From contig CAWBZV010000005.1 of NCBI GenBank assembly GCA_963793305.1, positions 1,344,001-1,408,000 of the forward strand: a DNA stretch of 64,000 nucleotides, given 5' to 3'. Below are positions 30,459-39,531 of this stretch, piece by piece; the first letter of the stretch is position 1, and each line of letters begins with the position of its first letter. The DNA comes from an uncultured Gemmatimonadales bacterium (GTDB lineage: Bacteria; Gemmatimonadota; Gemmatimonadetes; Gemmatimonadales; Gemmatimonadaceae). Below the pieces are notes generated by a model that worked only from the letters and a program-made list of their open reading frames with translations, did no database searches and had not been told where the DNA came from. The translations under genes were made by a program, and so were the position numbers.

Positions 30459-30846
30459 TTCGCTGACGAAGCACACCGTCGGACGCCGCAAAGAAGCCGT
30501 CTGCCGTCTGTATCTCACGCCTGGTTCCGGCAAGTGGAACGTGAACGGCCGGACCCTTGGCGACTACTTCCCACGCCCCGCACTCGTCTCGGCTATCCAG
30601 CAGCCCTTCACGGCGACCGACACGCTCGGCCGCTATGACGTTCGGGCGAAGGTGGAGGGTGGCGGGCTGTCTGGTCAGGCCGGCGCGCTCCGTCTCGCCG
30701 CCTCTCGCGCGTTGGTGCAGATCGACGAGGGGTATCGCCGGAAGCTCCGTGACCTCGGCCTCATGACGCGCGATGCGCGATCGGTCGAGCGCAAGAAACC
30801 GGGTCGCCCCAAGGCTCGGAAGCGGTTCCAGTTCAGCAAGCGGTAG
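30448..30846 (+). CDS. rpsI: 30S ribosomal protein S9
   Basis: GRRKEAV, GGGLSGQAGA, ERKKPG..KARKRFQFSKR. Confidence 0.98.
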   Translation: MPADSLTKHTVGRRKEAVCRLYLTPGSGKWNVNGRTLGDYFPRPALVSAIQQPFTATDTLGRYDVRAKVEGGGLSGQAGALRLAASRALVQIDEGYRRKLRDLGLMTRDARSVERKKPGRPKARKRFQFSKR

Positions 30847-30855
30847 CACACATCA

Positions 30856-30937
30856 CTCACGCTCCCTGAGCCATTTCGGGTGCTGGCGAAAGTCAGTCGA
30901 AAATGGCGGAGAAGGGCGCGGAAGACCTCAACCCGTA
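30856..30937 (+). ncRNA. rpsB leader (t44-like, S2 autoregulatory RNA)
   Basis: Stem GCCATTTCG/CGAAAATGGC, inner CTGGC-GAAA-GTCAG hairpin, CGGGT (30877-81) complementary to ACCCG (30931-35) as in the rpsB pseudoknot. Confidence 0.75.
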
Positions 30938-30945
30938 GAGAGAGA

Positions 30946-31851
30946 ATGGCTCAACCCAATCTGGACGATCTGTTGAAGGCCGGTGTCCACTTCGGACACC
31001 AGACACGCCGTTGGAATCCCAAGATGCGCCGGTTCATTTTCGCCGAGCGCAACGGGATCCACATCATCGACCTGCAGAAGACGCTGCGTCAGATCGAGCT
31101 CGCGCAGAAGCTCGCGCGCGAGGTCATCTTGCGCGGCGACAACGTGCTGTTCGTCTGCACGAAGCGCCAGCTCAGTGCGATTGTGAAAGACGAGGCCGAG
31201 CGGTCAGGCGCGATGTACGTGACCGAGCGGTGGCTCGGAGGGTTGCTTACGAACTTCCAGACGGTCAAGAAGCAAATTCGCCGGCTCAAGGATCTCGAGA
31301 CCGGCAGTGAGACCGGTGGAGAGTTCGAGAACTATACAAAGAAAGAACAGCTCCTCATGACGCGGCAACGCGACAAGCTCGCCAAGAACCTTTCGGGTAT
31401 CAAGAACATGACCCGGATCCCCGGGCTCATGTTCGTCATCGACTCCAAGAAAGAGCGGATCGCCGTCAGCGAGGCCAACAAGCTCGGCATCCCGATCGTC
31501 GCGATCGTCGATACCAACGCCGATCCCGATGTGATCACGGTGCCGATCGCGGGCAACGATGATGCGATCCGCTCGGTCGATCTGATCGCCAAGGCGATCG
31601 CCGACTCGATCGTCGAGGCTCGCCGCGAGGCGCCGGTGCGGCAGGAAGCCGAGGAAGGGGAATCGAACACCTACAGCTCGGATCGCGGCATGGAGACGGC
31701 CTCCGGCGACGAAGATCGCCGCCGCCGCCGCCGGCCGCGGCGCCGCCGCGCGAAGCCCGAGGCGATCGCCGCGCGGCTCAAGAGCGGGGCGGTGGACGAG
31801 GTCGATCCCGCCGCTGTCGACGAAGAAGTAGTAGACGAGGGCGGGGCCTGA
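30946..31851 (+). CDS. rpsB: 30S ribosomal protein S2
   Basis: AGVHFGHQTRRWNPKM, RWLGGLLTN, DTNADP, NDDAIRS. Confidence 0.98.
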   Translation: MAQPNLDDLLKAGVHFGHQTRRWNPKMRRFIFAERNGIHIIDLQKTLRQIELAQKLAREVILRGDNVLFVCTKRQLSAIVKDEAERSGAMYVTERWLGGLLTNFQTVKKQIRRLKDLETGSETGGEFENYTKKEQLLMTRQRDKLAKNLSGIKNMTRIPGLMFVIDSKKERIAVSEANKLGIPIVAIVDTNADPDVITVPIAGNDDAIRSVDLIAKAIADSIVEARREAPVRQEAEEGESNTYSSDRGMETASGDEDRRRRRRPRRRRAKPEAIAARLKSGAVDEVDPAAVDEEVVDEGGA

Positions 31852-31881
31852 CGTTTAGGGCCGTTCGCTGCTAATCTTTAC

Positions 31882-31912
31882 ACGCCGCCGGGCTCCACGC
31901 CGGCGGCGTTTT
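31882..31912 (+). terminator. Intrinsic terminator/attenuator-like hairpin between rpsB and tsf
   Basis: ACGCCGCCGG-N8-CCGGCGGCGT followed by TTT. Confidence 0.6.
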
Positions 31913-31935
31913 CACGAGGCCCTGGGGGCCAAAAT

Positions 31936-32541
31936 ATGACGACAACTACAGTTACGACAAAAGACATTCAAGAGCTCCGCCAACGTACGGGCGCCGGGAT
32001 GATGGACGCCAAAAAGGCGCTGACGGACGCCAACGGCGATATGGCCAAGGCCGCCGAGCTGCTCCGGACGCGCGGCGTGGCCAAGGCCGAAAAGCGCGCT
32101 ACAAAAGTCGCGGGCGAAGGCTTCGTTGGCAGCTACATCCATCACAACGGGAAGCTCGGCGTGATTGTCGAGTTGAACTGCGAAACGGACTTCGTGGCGC
32201 GGAACCCCGAGTTCCGCGAGCTCGCCTCTGAGCTGGCCAAGCATATCGCCGCCGCGAACCCGGTGAGCGTCGACAAGGACGGCGTGTCCGCCGAGGTCAT
32301 CGAGCGCGAGCGCCGGATCTTCGAGGAGCAGGTCAAGGCCAGCGGCAAGCCCGAGCACCTGATCCAGAAGATCGTCGACGGCAAGGTCGAATCGTTCTAC
32401 AAGGACGTGTCCTTGCTGCACCAGGAATACGTGCGCGATCCGAAGAAGAAGGTCGGTGACTTGATCAGCGAACTGTCGGCCAAGGTCGGCGAGAAGATCG
32501 CCGTGCGCCGATTCGCCAGATTCCAGGTGGGGGAGGAATAA
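31936..32541 (+). CDS. tsf: Elongation factor Ts (short form)
   Basis: LRQRTGAGMMDAKKAL, ELNCETDFVA, RRFARFQVGE. Confidence 0.97.
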   Translation: MTTTTVTTKDIQELRQRTGAGMMDAKKALTDANGDMAKAAELLRTRGVAKAEKRATKVAGEGFVGSYIHHNGKLGVIVELNCETDFVARNPEFRELASELAKHIAAANPVSVDKDGVSAEVIERERRIFEEQVKASGKPEHLIQKIVDGKVESFYKDVSLLHQEYVRDPKKKVGDLISELSAKVGEKIAVRRFARFQVGEE

Positions 32542-32546
32542 CGAGC

Positions 32547-33305
32547 GTGACGTCGGTCGCCGACGAGCTCGATGCCGCCCCGTCGCAGCCGCTGAAATAC
32601 CGGCGGGTGTTGCTCAAGGTCTCGGGCGAAGCACTCGCCGGCGATAAACCTGGCGGACTCGGATTCGACTTCCCGACGATCGAGCGTTTCGCGGACGAGA
32701 TCCAATACGTCGCGCAGATCGGGGCCGAGATCGGCCTCGTCATTGGTGGCGGCAATATCGTGCGCGGCCGGCAGCTGGCCGAACACGGGTTCGATCGCGT
32801 CGGCGCCGATTACATGGGGATGCTCGGCACCGTTATCAATGCGCTCGCGGTTCAGGATGTGCTCGAACGCAAGGGAATGGACACGCGCGTCATGACCGCG
32901 ATCCGGATGGAGGAGCTCGCCGAGCCGTACATCCGTCGCCGGGCGCTCAAACATCTCGAACAGGGACGCATCGTCATTTTCGCCGCGGGCACGGGCAACC
33001 CGTATTTTTCGACCGATACGGCGGCCGTTCTTCGGGCGATCCAAACCAAGGCCGACGTCATCATCAAGGCGACCAGCGTCGACGGCGTGTACTCGAAAGA
33101 CCCGAAGAAGTTCAAAGACGCGGTGCTCTACAAGCGGATCAGCTACAACGACGTGATGCGCCACGAGCTGGGCGTCATGGACCAGACGGCGATCACGCTG
33201 TGCAAGGAGAATCACCTCCCGCTCATCGTCCTGAACATCAACACGCCTCACTCCGTCGCCCGCGCGCTGCGCGGGGACATTGATGGGACCATCGTCGACT
33301 CATGA
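32547..33305 (+). CDS. pyrH: UMP kinase
   Basis: LLKVSGEAL, GGGNIVRG, GTGNPYFSTD. Confidence 0.97.
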   Translation: MTSVADELDAAPSQPLKYRRVLLKVSGEALAGDKPGGLGFDFPTIERFADEIQYVAQIGAEIGLVIGGGNIVRGRQLAEHGFDRVGADYMGMLGTVINALAVQDVLERKGMDTRVMTAIRMEELAEPYIRRRALKHLEQGRIVIFAAGTGNPYFSTDTAAVLRAIQTKADVIIKATSVDGVYSKDPKKFKDAVLYKRISYNDVMRHELGVMDQTAITLCKENHLPLIVLNINTPHSVARALRGDIDGTIVDS

Positions 33306-33865
33306 GCACTCCACCGACCATCCCGCAGATCCTCAAGGACACGAAAGCCTCGATGGACAAGGCGCTGGAGAACGCGAAGAAGGAGTTCACGTCCATCCGC
33401 ACGGGCAAAGCCAGCGCGTCGCTCCTCGACACGGTTCGCGTCGATGCCTACGGCCAATCGATGCCGCTCAATCAGGTGGCGAGCGTGAGCGCGCCGGAGC
33501 CGCGGCTCCTGCTCGTGACGCCCTGGGACAAAGGGCAGACCCACGCGATCGAAAAAGCGATTCGCGAGTCGGAGCTCCAGCTCAACCCGCAGAGTCAGAG
33601 TGGCGTGATCCGGGTGCCGATCCCCGCGCTCAACGAGCAGCGGCGCAAAGATCTCGTGAAAGTCGTGCACAAGCTGGCCGAAGAAGGCCGGATCGGCGTC
33701 CGTCACGCGCGAACCGAAGGGCGCGATCGCTTGAAGAAGCTCGAGAAAGTCTCCGAAGACGACGTCAAGCACGGCGAACGCGAGCTGCAGAAGCTCCATG
33801 ACGACTTCATCGGCAAGGTCGACGAGCTGGTCAAGCATAAGGAAGCTGACATTCTGGAAGTCTGA
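33302..33865 (+). CDS. frr: Ribosome recycling factor
   Basis: IRTGKAS..LLD..VDAYG, P.LNEQRRK, KEADILEV. Confidence 0.97.
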   Translation: MSTPPTIPQILKDTKASMDKALENAKKEFTSIRTGKASASLLDTVRVDAYGQSMPLNQVASVSAPEPRLLLVTPWDKGQTHAIEKAIRESELQLNPQSQSGVIRVPIPALNEQRRKDLVKVVHKLAEEGRIGVRHARTEGRDRLKKLEKVSEDDVKHGERELQKLHDDFIGKVDELVKHKEADILEV

Positions 33866-33895
33866 GTGAGCAGCTTGGTCGAGTCGCGGCCAGCT

Positions 33896-34759
33896 ATGTC
33901 GGAGCTCGCACGCCGGGTGCTGTTCGCGGTGGTCGCCGCTCCGGCGACCGTGTGGCTGATCTACCTCGGTGGCCCCTACCTCGGCATCCTCTCGGCCACC
34001 GCCGCCGCGCTCGGCGCCTGGGAGCTGTATCGCATCGCCCGCGCCGGCGGCGTCGATCCGATCGACTCGGTCGGGATTCCGTTCGCCGCGCTGCTGCCCC
34101 TCTTGGCCTCGCTCGCGCCGCGCGGCGTCTTCGCGCTTAACCTCGGCGCGAGCGCGGTGGCCGTGCTGATCATGTTCACGCTCGCGATCTGGCTGCGTGG
34201 TGCAGGGCAGCGTCCGCTCTCGGCCGTCGCCGTCACGCTGTTCGGTGTGGTCTACACGGGTGGGATGCTGAGCTTCGGCGTCGCCATACGCTATGACAAC
34301 TACGCGGTCAGCCGGACATCCGGCACACTGCTCTTACTGCTCCCGATTCTCCTCACGTGGATGAACGACATCGGCGCGTACGCCTTGGGGCGGCTCTTCG
34401 GGCGCCGCAAGCTGATGCCGACCGTGAGTCCCGGGAAGACCGTCGCCGGCGCCGTCGGTGGCGTTGCGGTCGCCGTCGTGTTCTGCTGGGCGTACGTGCA
34501 ATGGATTCTGGCGCCCTACGCCGAGTTGGGCATGGCCCCGTGGTCGGTCGTGGTCGTCGCTCTCGCGCTGAGTCTCGCGGCGCAGGTTGGTGATCTGGCC
34601 GAGTCGCTCTTGAAGCGCGAGGCTGGAGTCAAGAACAGCTCGGGATTGATCCCAGGCCATGGTGGGGTACTCGACCGCCTGGACAGTCTGCTGTTCGTGT
34701 TGCCCACGGCATATCTGTTGTTCGGCATCCCTGGGATTCTCTTGCCCGTTCCCAGATGA
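33896..34759 (+). CDS. cdsA: Phosphatidate cytidylyltransferase
   Basis: DIGAY..G, SPGKT, GDLAES..KR..GVKNS..IPGHGGVLDRLDS. Confidence 0.94.
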   Translation: MSELARRVLFAVVAAPATVWLIYLGGPYLGILSATAAALGAWELYRIARAGGVDPIDSVGIPFAALLPLLASLAPRGVFALNLGASAVAVLIMFTLAIWLRGAGQRPLSAVAVTLFGVVYTGGMLSFGVAIRYDNYAVSRTSGTLLLLLPILLTWMNDIGAYALGRLFGRRKLMPTVSPGKTVAGAVGGVAVAVVFCWAYVQWILAPYAELGMAPWSVVVVALALSLAAQVGDLAESLLKREAGVKNSSGLIPGHGGVLDRLDSLLFVLPTAYLLFGIPGILLPVPR

Positions 34760-35865
34760 CGCGCGGCGTAGCGATTCTCGGGTCGACAGGGTCGATCGGC
34801 ACGAGCGCACTCCGTGTCCTCGACCGCCAGCGCGCTCGCTTTCACGTCGCCGCCCTCACGTCTCGCGCCAACACGACGCTGCTCGCCGAGCAGTCGCTGC
34901 GCTATCACCCGTCGTTCGTGGGCTGCGTTGAGCAGGATGGCTCGGCGTGCCTCATCGACGCGGCCACTCGCCCGGACGTCGACATTGTCCTGAATGCCGT
35001 CGTCGGCGCGGCCGGACTCGATGCCACGCTCGCGGCGCTTCGCGCCGGCAAGCGTGTCGCGTTGGCCAACAAAGAGACACTAGTGATGGCTGGAGATCTG
35101 GTCTCGAAAGCCGCGGCCGCGGGTCACGGCGAAATCGTACCAGTAGACAGCGAGCACTCGGCGATCTTGCAATGCATTGGATCGAGGACGCCGAACGAAG
35201 TGAGGCGCCTGGTTATTACGGCTTCCGGTGGCCCCTTTCGAGGATGGTCACGCGAACGGATAGCACACGCGACCGTCGAGGATGCGCTCCAGCATCCCAC
35301 GTGGAAAATGGGCCGGAAGATCACGGTCGATAGTGCGACGCTCGCGAATAAGGCGCTGGAAGTAATAGAAGCACATTTCTTATTTGGGGTGCCTTACGAC
35401 CAGATCGAAGTGGTCGTCCATCCCCAGAGTATCGTTCACTCATTCGTCGAATTCCGCGACGGCAGCGTCCTGGCACAGCTCGGCTTGCCGAGCATGGAGC
35501 TCCCGATCTTGTACGCTTTGACCCACCCCGAACGCGTCGTTGATGACGGGGTACCACGCTTCAACCCGGTGGCGGCTTCACCGCTGACTTTCGAGCGCGT
35601 CCGCGCCGACGACTTCCCGGCACTCGCGCTCGGTGTCGAGGCCGGCCGCCGCGGTGGCGCCGCCCCAGCGGTATTCAACGCGGCGAACGAGCAAGCGGTG
35701 GCGCTATTCTTAGAGGGACGGATGTCATTTGCTGGGATCGCGACGGCGATCAGCTCGGCACTCGACGCAGTCGGCGCTCACCCGGGAACTGACCGGGAGG
35801 CGCTACTCGCCGCCGACGCCGCCGCGCGAACTCATGTGCTGAGCGCAATAGAGACGGCCGTATGA
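34756..35865 (+). CDS. dxr: 1-deoxy-D-xylulose-5-phosphate reductoisomerase
   Basis: LGSTGSIG, LANKE, PVDSEH, TASGGPF, HPTWKMG..ITVDSAT. Confidence 0.97.
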   Translation: MTRGVAILGSTGSIGTSALRVLDRQRARFHVAALTSRANTTLLAEQSLRYHPSFVGCVEQDGSACLIDAATRPDVDIVLNAVVGAAGLDATLAALRAGKRVALANKETLVMAGDLVSKAAAAGHGEIVPVDSEHSAILQCIGSRTPNEVRRLVITASGGPFRGWSRERIAHATVEDALQHPTWKMGRKITVDSATLANKALEVIEAHFLFGVPYDQIEVVVHPQSIVHSFVEFRDGSVLAQLGLPSMELPILYALTHPERVVDDGVPRFNPVAASPLTFERVRADDFPALALGVEAGRRGGAAPAVFNAANEQAVALFLEGRMSFAGIATAISSALDAVGAHPGTDREALLAADAAARTHVLSAIETAV

Positions 35866-37052
35866 ACCATTTCTGGGATGTCCTGCGGGATCACGTGCCG
35901 TGGCTCGCGCCGATCCTGGTGTTCGGCGTCGTGATCTTCGTGCACGAGCTTGGCCACTTCCTTGCCGCGAAGATCACGGGCGTCTATGCCCCGCGGTTCT
36001 CCATCGGGTTCGGCCCCGCGCTCTGGCATCACCGGTGGGGCGAGACCGAGTATCGACTCGCGGCGCTCCCCTTGGGCGGCTACGTCCGCATGGCCTCGCG
36101 CGACGATGAGTCCATGGCGATGATCGAAGGCGGCGGCGAGACCGGACCGGAAGTACACGGGCCTGACTGGGACCCGAACGCGCTCAAGCCGTTCGGTCCG
36201 AAGCCGGTGCCCGAGGATCGCTGGTTCGAGTCGAAACCCCTCTGGGCGCGGCTCTTCATCATGCTCGCCGGCGTCAGTATGAACCTCGTGCTCGCGTACG
36301 TCGTGCTGGCCGGCGTGTTCGCGCATTACGGGAAGCCGTCCGGTGTGCAGACGCCGATCGTCGACTCGGTCGTCACGAACATGCCGGCCGCCGCCGCGGG
36401 GCTTATCGCTCACGACAGCGTCGTGGCGGTCGGGGGCGTCCCCGTGCACACGGCGCTGGAGGCTCAAGACCAGCTCCGCCCGGCGATCGGCAAAGCGTTG
36501 ACGATCGACATCGTCCGCTCCGGGAAACCCCTGAGCTTCACGGTGACACCGGTCGCGGCGCAGGACACCGATGCCCAAACGCACGCGGTCCGTACGATCG
36601 GTCGCGTCGGAGTACTCTTCCGGCCCGAGCCAATGGTGCCGGTACCGCTGCCGCAGGCGGCCGCGCTGGGCGGCGAGAAGACCGTCGAGTTGTTCAAGGC
36701 GATCGTCGTCTCGGTCGGCAAGCTCTTCACCGGCCAGGTGTCAATCAAGACCCTGAGCGGACCGGTCGCCATCGCGAAGTACTCGGTGCAGGCGGCGAGA
36801 AGCGGATTCGAGAATCTGCTGCTCTTGCTCGCCGTCATCTCGGTCAACCTCGCCGTCTTGAATCTCCTGCCGATTCCGATCCTCGACGGCGGTCAGATCG
36901 TCGTCAACGTCGTCGAATCGATACGCGGTACGCCGCTCACCCTGCGCACGCGAGAGTTGATCCTGCGCGCGGGGCTCCTCGCGATCGCGTTCCTCTTCGT
37001 GGTGGTCATGTACAACGATCAATGCGTGTTCTTCTTTGCGCTCTGCTCCTGA
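35862..37052 (+). CDS. rseP: RIP metalloprotease RseP
   Basis: HELGH, PLGGYV, PDZ domain, NLLPIPILDGG. Confidence 0.95.
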   Translation: MNHFWDVLRDHVPWLAPILVFGVVIFVHELGHFLAAKITGVYAPRFSIGFGPALWHHRWGETEYRLAALPLGGYVRMASRDDESMAMIEGGGETGPEVHGPDWDPNALKPFGPKPVPEDRWFESKPLWARLFIMLAGVSMNLVLAYVVLAGVFAHYGKPSGVQTPIVDSVVTNMPAAAAGLIAHDSVVAVGGVPVHTALEAQDQLRPAIGKALTIDIVRSGKPLSFTVTPVAAQDTDAQTHAVRTIGRVGVLFRPEPMVPVPLPQAAALGGEKTVELFKAIVVSVGKLFTGQVSIKTLSGPVAIAKYSVQAARSGFENLLLLLAVISVNLAVLNLLPIPILDGGQIVVNVVESIRGTPLTLRTRELILRAGLLAIAFLFVVVMYNDQCVFFFALCS

Positions 37053-37399
37053 CCGCCCTTCCGGGGGCGGCCCGAGCGCAGATCGGCACCGCACGGTTCG
37101 ACATCGATAGCGTCGGCGACTCGACGGTCACGTTCACCGTCGGCGCCGCGCGATGGGTGCGAGCCGGTCAGACGGGGCTCGCCGTCGAGCCGCGACGCCA
37201 CGATGAGCTGATCGCGCGATTGCGGATCATTCATGTCGAGTCGGGTACCGCCACCGCCGTCATCACGGGACAGACGAGCCGGGTGACGGCCGGACAGGTC
37301 GCGTTGATCCGCAAACCGGCTGCGCCGTTCTATACCGTCGGAGTGTTCTGGGTCGGCGCGGCGGTCGGCGCCGCGATCATGTTTTTCGCCACGCGCTAG
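37022..37399 (+). CDS. Hypothetical exported protein with C-terminal TM anchor
   Basis: Signal peptide ending ARA-Q, beta-rich body, hydrophobic C-terminus. Confidence 0.7.
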   Translation: MRVLLCALLLTALPGAARAQIGTARFDIDSVGDSTVTFTVGAARWVRAGQTGLAVEPRRHDELIARLRIIHVESGTATAVITGQTSRVTAGQVALIRKPAAPFYTVGVFWVGAAVGAAIMFFATR

Positions 37400-37481
37400 C
37401 GCGGCTCCGCCGCGCGTCGAGGCGGACGCTACGCTCCGCTCGACTGGTCGGTTGGATGGGCATTCGGCTGAGCCGATGCCC
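37399..37481. repeat. Three-hairpin intergenic element, copy B (between convergent genes)
   Basis: GCGCGGC-TCC-GCCGCGC; GTCGAG-GCGGA-CGCTACGC-TCCGC-TCGAC; linker TCGGTTGGA; GGGCAT-TCGGC-TGA-GCCGA-TGCCC. Confidence 0.7.
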
Positions 37482-39085
37482 TAGCTTCCGCAGACTAAAC
37501 GGACGCGAACGTGCTGCGGCGGGCCCGCATCGTCCGTCACGCGCACCGTATCACGATAGGTCGCGCAGTATCGCGCACTCACGGCGAGCATGTACGCGCC
37601 GATCGGCAACGTGATCGGTTTCTCGGCCGGCGCATGCCCGCTCGCGATTTCGTCACCGCCGATCGACCGAAATGCATACTCGGCCCCATTCGGCTGCGCA
37701 TCGAGCACCAGCACACCGCACACGCGCGGCGCCAAATGCACGTTGGTCATCCCCGTCGGCGCGAGCGTGACCGTTTGCGTGACGCGATGCGATGGACACT
37801 GTTCGTTGCCGCTGTCGGGCAATGCGGCGAGAACCTCGTACCGTCCGGGTTTGAGGGTGTCCGTCCGCCAGTCGCCGGTGCCGACGACCGTTCCGCCGAC
37901 GCTGAGGCGCGCGTCGGCCGGCGCCATAATGTGGAGGATGGGCTTGACGGGCTCACGGACGACAGCCGGTGATGTCGGTGGTTTGGTGCTAGCGGTCGGG
38001 CGGGGGGACGCGGGCGATGTCGTGGTCGGCGATGACGCTGGGGCGGCAGCGGTAGGCGCAGGCGAAGCCGCGCGGACTGCCGGGTGCTGATGGCTCAGGG
38101 TATACGCCGAAATGAGGGCCAGCACGATGCCCGCCGCAGCCGCACCCTGTACGAGGCGCCGCCGTCGCCGCTTGGCCAGCTCCCATGGCGGAACGATCGG
38201 TGTTGTCGGCCCATCGATGGTTGGCGTCGGCATGGCCCGCATGGCGATCGTCTCACCCTTCTCGGTGAGCAGCGCGCCGAGCGCCTGGCACATGGCCTCG
38301 CCAGTCTGGTACCGGTCCCCGGGATCTTTCTCGAGGCACGTGAGGATGATCCGCTCCATCCCTTTCGACAGGGATGGATTGAGCGACCGCGGTTTGGCGG
38401 GCCGATCCTCGACGTGCTGCCGCGCGATCTCGTACCAGTCCTCGCCCGTGAACGGGAGCACCCCGGTCGCCGAGCGAAACAGCGTGACGCCGAGCGAGTA
38501 CAGATCGGCCCGTCCGTCGAGGGTCAGGCCCCGCGCCTGCTCGGGCGAGAAGTACTGGGGCGTGCCGACGACCATGTTCGTCCCGGTCTGCTGGGCGTAA
38601 TTCGAGACGGCCCGCGCTATCCCGAAATCGGCGACGATCGCGTTCCCGTGCTCATCGAACAGGATGTTGTCGGTCTTGATGTCGCGATGGATCACGCCCT
38701 CGCGGTGCGCGAAGCCCAGGGCGCTGGCAACGTCGATTCCGAGGCGGATCAGGACGGGCTCGGGCAGCGTCGGGATGACCTCCAGCCGGTCCGGCAGGCC
38801 CTGCGGCAGGAAGTCCATCGCAAAGTAGACCGCGTCTTGGTCTTTGCCGACCGCGAAGATCTTGATGATATTCGGGTGCCGGAGCCGCGCGGCCGTTGAG
38901 GCTTCCCGGCGGAACCGGCTCTCGAACTTCTCGTCGCCGGCGTACTGAGGCTTCAGGACCTTGAGCGCGACCGGGATCTCGAGCTCGGGATCGAATGCTT
39001 TGTAGACCCAGGCGAACCCGCCTGAGCCGACGACGGCATCTATCCTGAACTTGCCGAGGGTTCGGCCGAGATAGCGTTCAGGCAA
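37481..39085 (-). CDS. Hanks-type Ser/Thr protein kinase with TM helix and extracytoplasmic beta domains
   Basis: [40 protein letters not shown]. Confidence 0.95.
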   Translation of the reverse strand: MPERYLGRTLGKFRIDAVVGSGGFAWVYKAFDPELEIPVALKVLKPQYAGDEKFESRFRREASTAARLRHPNIIKIFAVGKDQDAVYFAMDFLPQGLPDRLEVIPTLPEPVLIRLGIDVASALGFAHREGVIHRDIKTDNILFDEHGNAIVADFGIARAVSNYAQQTGTNMVVGTPQYFSPEQARGLTLDGRADLYSLGVTLFRSATGVLPFTGEDWYEIARQHVEDRPAKPRSLNPSLSKGMERIILTCLEKDPGDRYQTGEAMCQALGALLTEKGETIAMRAMPTPTIDGPTTPIVPPWELAKRRRRRLVQGAAAAGIVLALISAYTLSHQHPAVRAASPAPTAAAPASSPTTTSPASPRPTASTKPPTSPAVVREPVKPILHIMAPADARLSVGGTVVGTGDWRTDTLKPGRYEVLAALPDSGNEQCPSHRVTQTVTLAPTGMTNVHLAPRVCGVLVLDAQPNGAEYAFRSIGGDEIASGHAPAEKPITLPIGAYMLAVSARYCATYRDTVRVTDDAGPPQHVRVRLVCGS

Positions 39086-39183
39086 CGCAGTACGCCTTTA
39101 CAGGAGTCCCGTATCCCAGTAAACTTCTGGGCTTACTAGAGATAGCGCTCAAGATGGGTAAGGCGCGGAGTATAATATCAAAC

Positions 39184-39444
39184 ATGGCATTCCAAAAAGC
39201 ACCGACGATCGCGAAGTACCACAGCCACGAGACCGATACGGGTTCGACGCGTGTTCAGGTCGCCCTGCTGACTGATCGCATAAATTACCTGACCGACCAC
39301 TTCCGCGTGCACGCCAAGGACCACCACAGCCGCCGCGGACTCCTCAAGATGGTCGGCCGTCGCCGCCGTCTGTTGAACTACCTCAAGCGCACGGATCTCG
39401 AAGGCTACCGGACACTGATCGAGACTCTTGGGCTTCGCTACTAG
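39184..39444 (+). CDS. rpsO: 30S ribosomal protein S15
   Basis: [33 protein letters not shown]. Confidence 0.98.
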   Translation: MAFQKAPTIAKYHSHETDTGSTRVQVALLTDRINYLTDHFRVHAKDHHSRRGLLKMVGRRRRLLNYLKRTDLEGYRTLIETLGLRY

Positions 39445-39471
39445 GACGCTTGGCTACTGTTTCCCTTTTTC

Positions 39472-39509
39472 GCGCGGGCGCGACGGCAACTTGTGTCGCC
39501 CGCGCTTTT
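39472..39509 (+). terminator. Hairpin plus T-run between rpsO and pnp
   Basis: GCGCGGG..GCGAC-loop-GTCGCCCGCGC-TTTT. Confidence 0.55.
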
Positions 39510-39531
39510 CGCGTTTTTCCCTAAATAACCA

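Noticed and set aside
28689..30533. 614-aa serpin ORF from the track
   Set aside because: The first ~206 codons are antisense to rplM/rpsI; the lipoprotein signal begins at 29915
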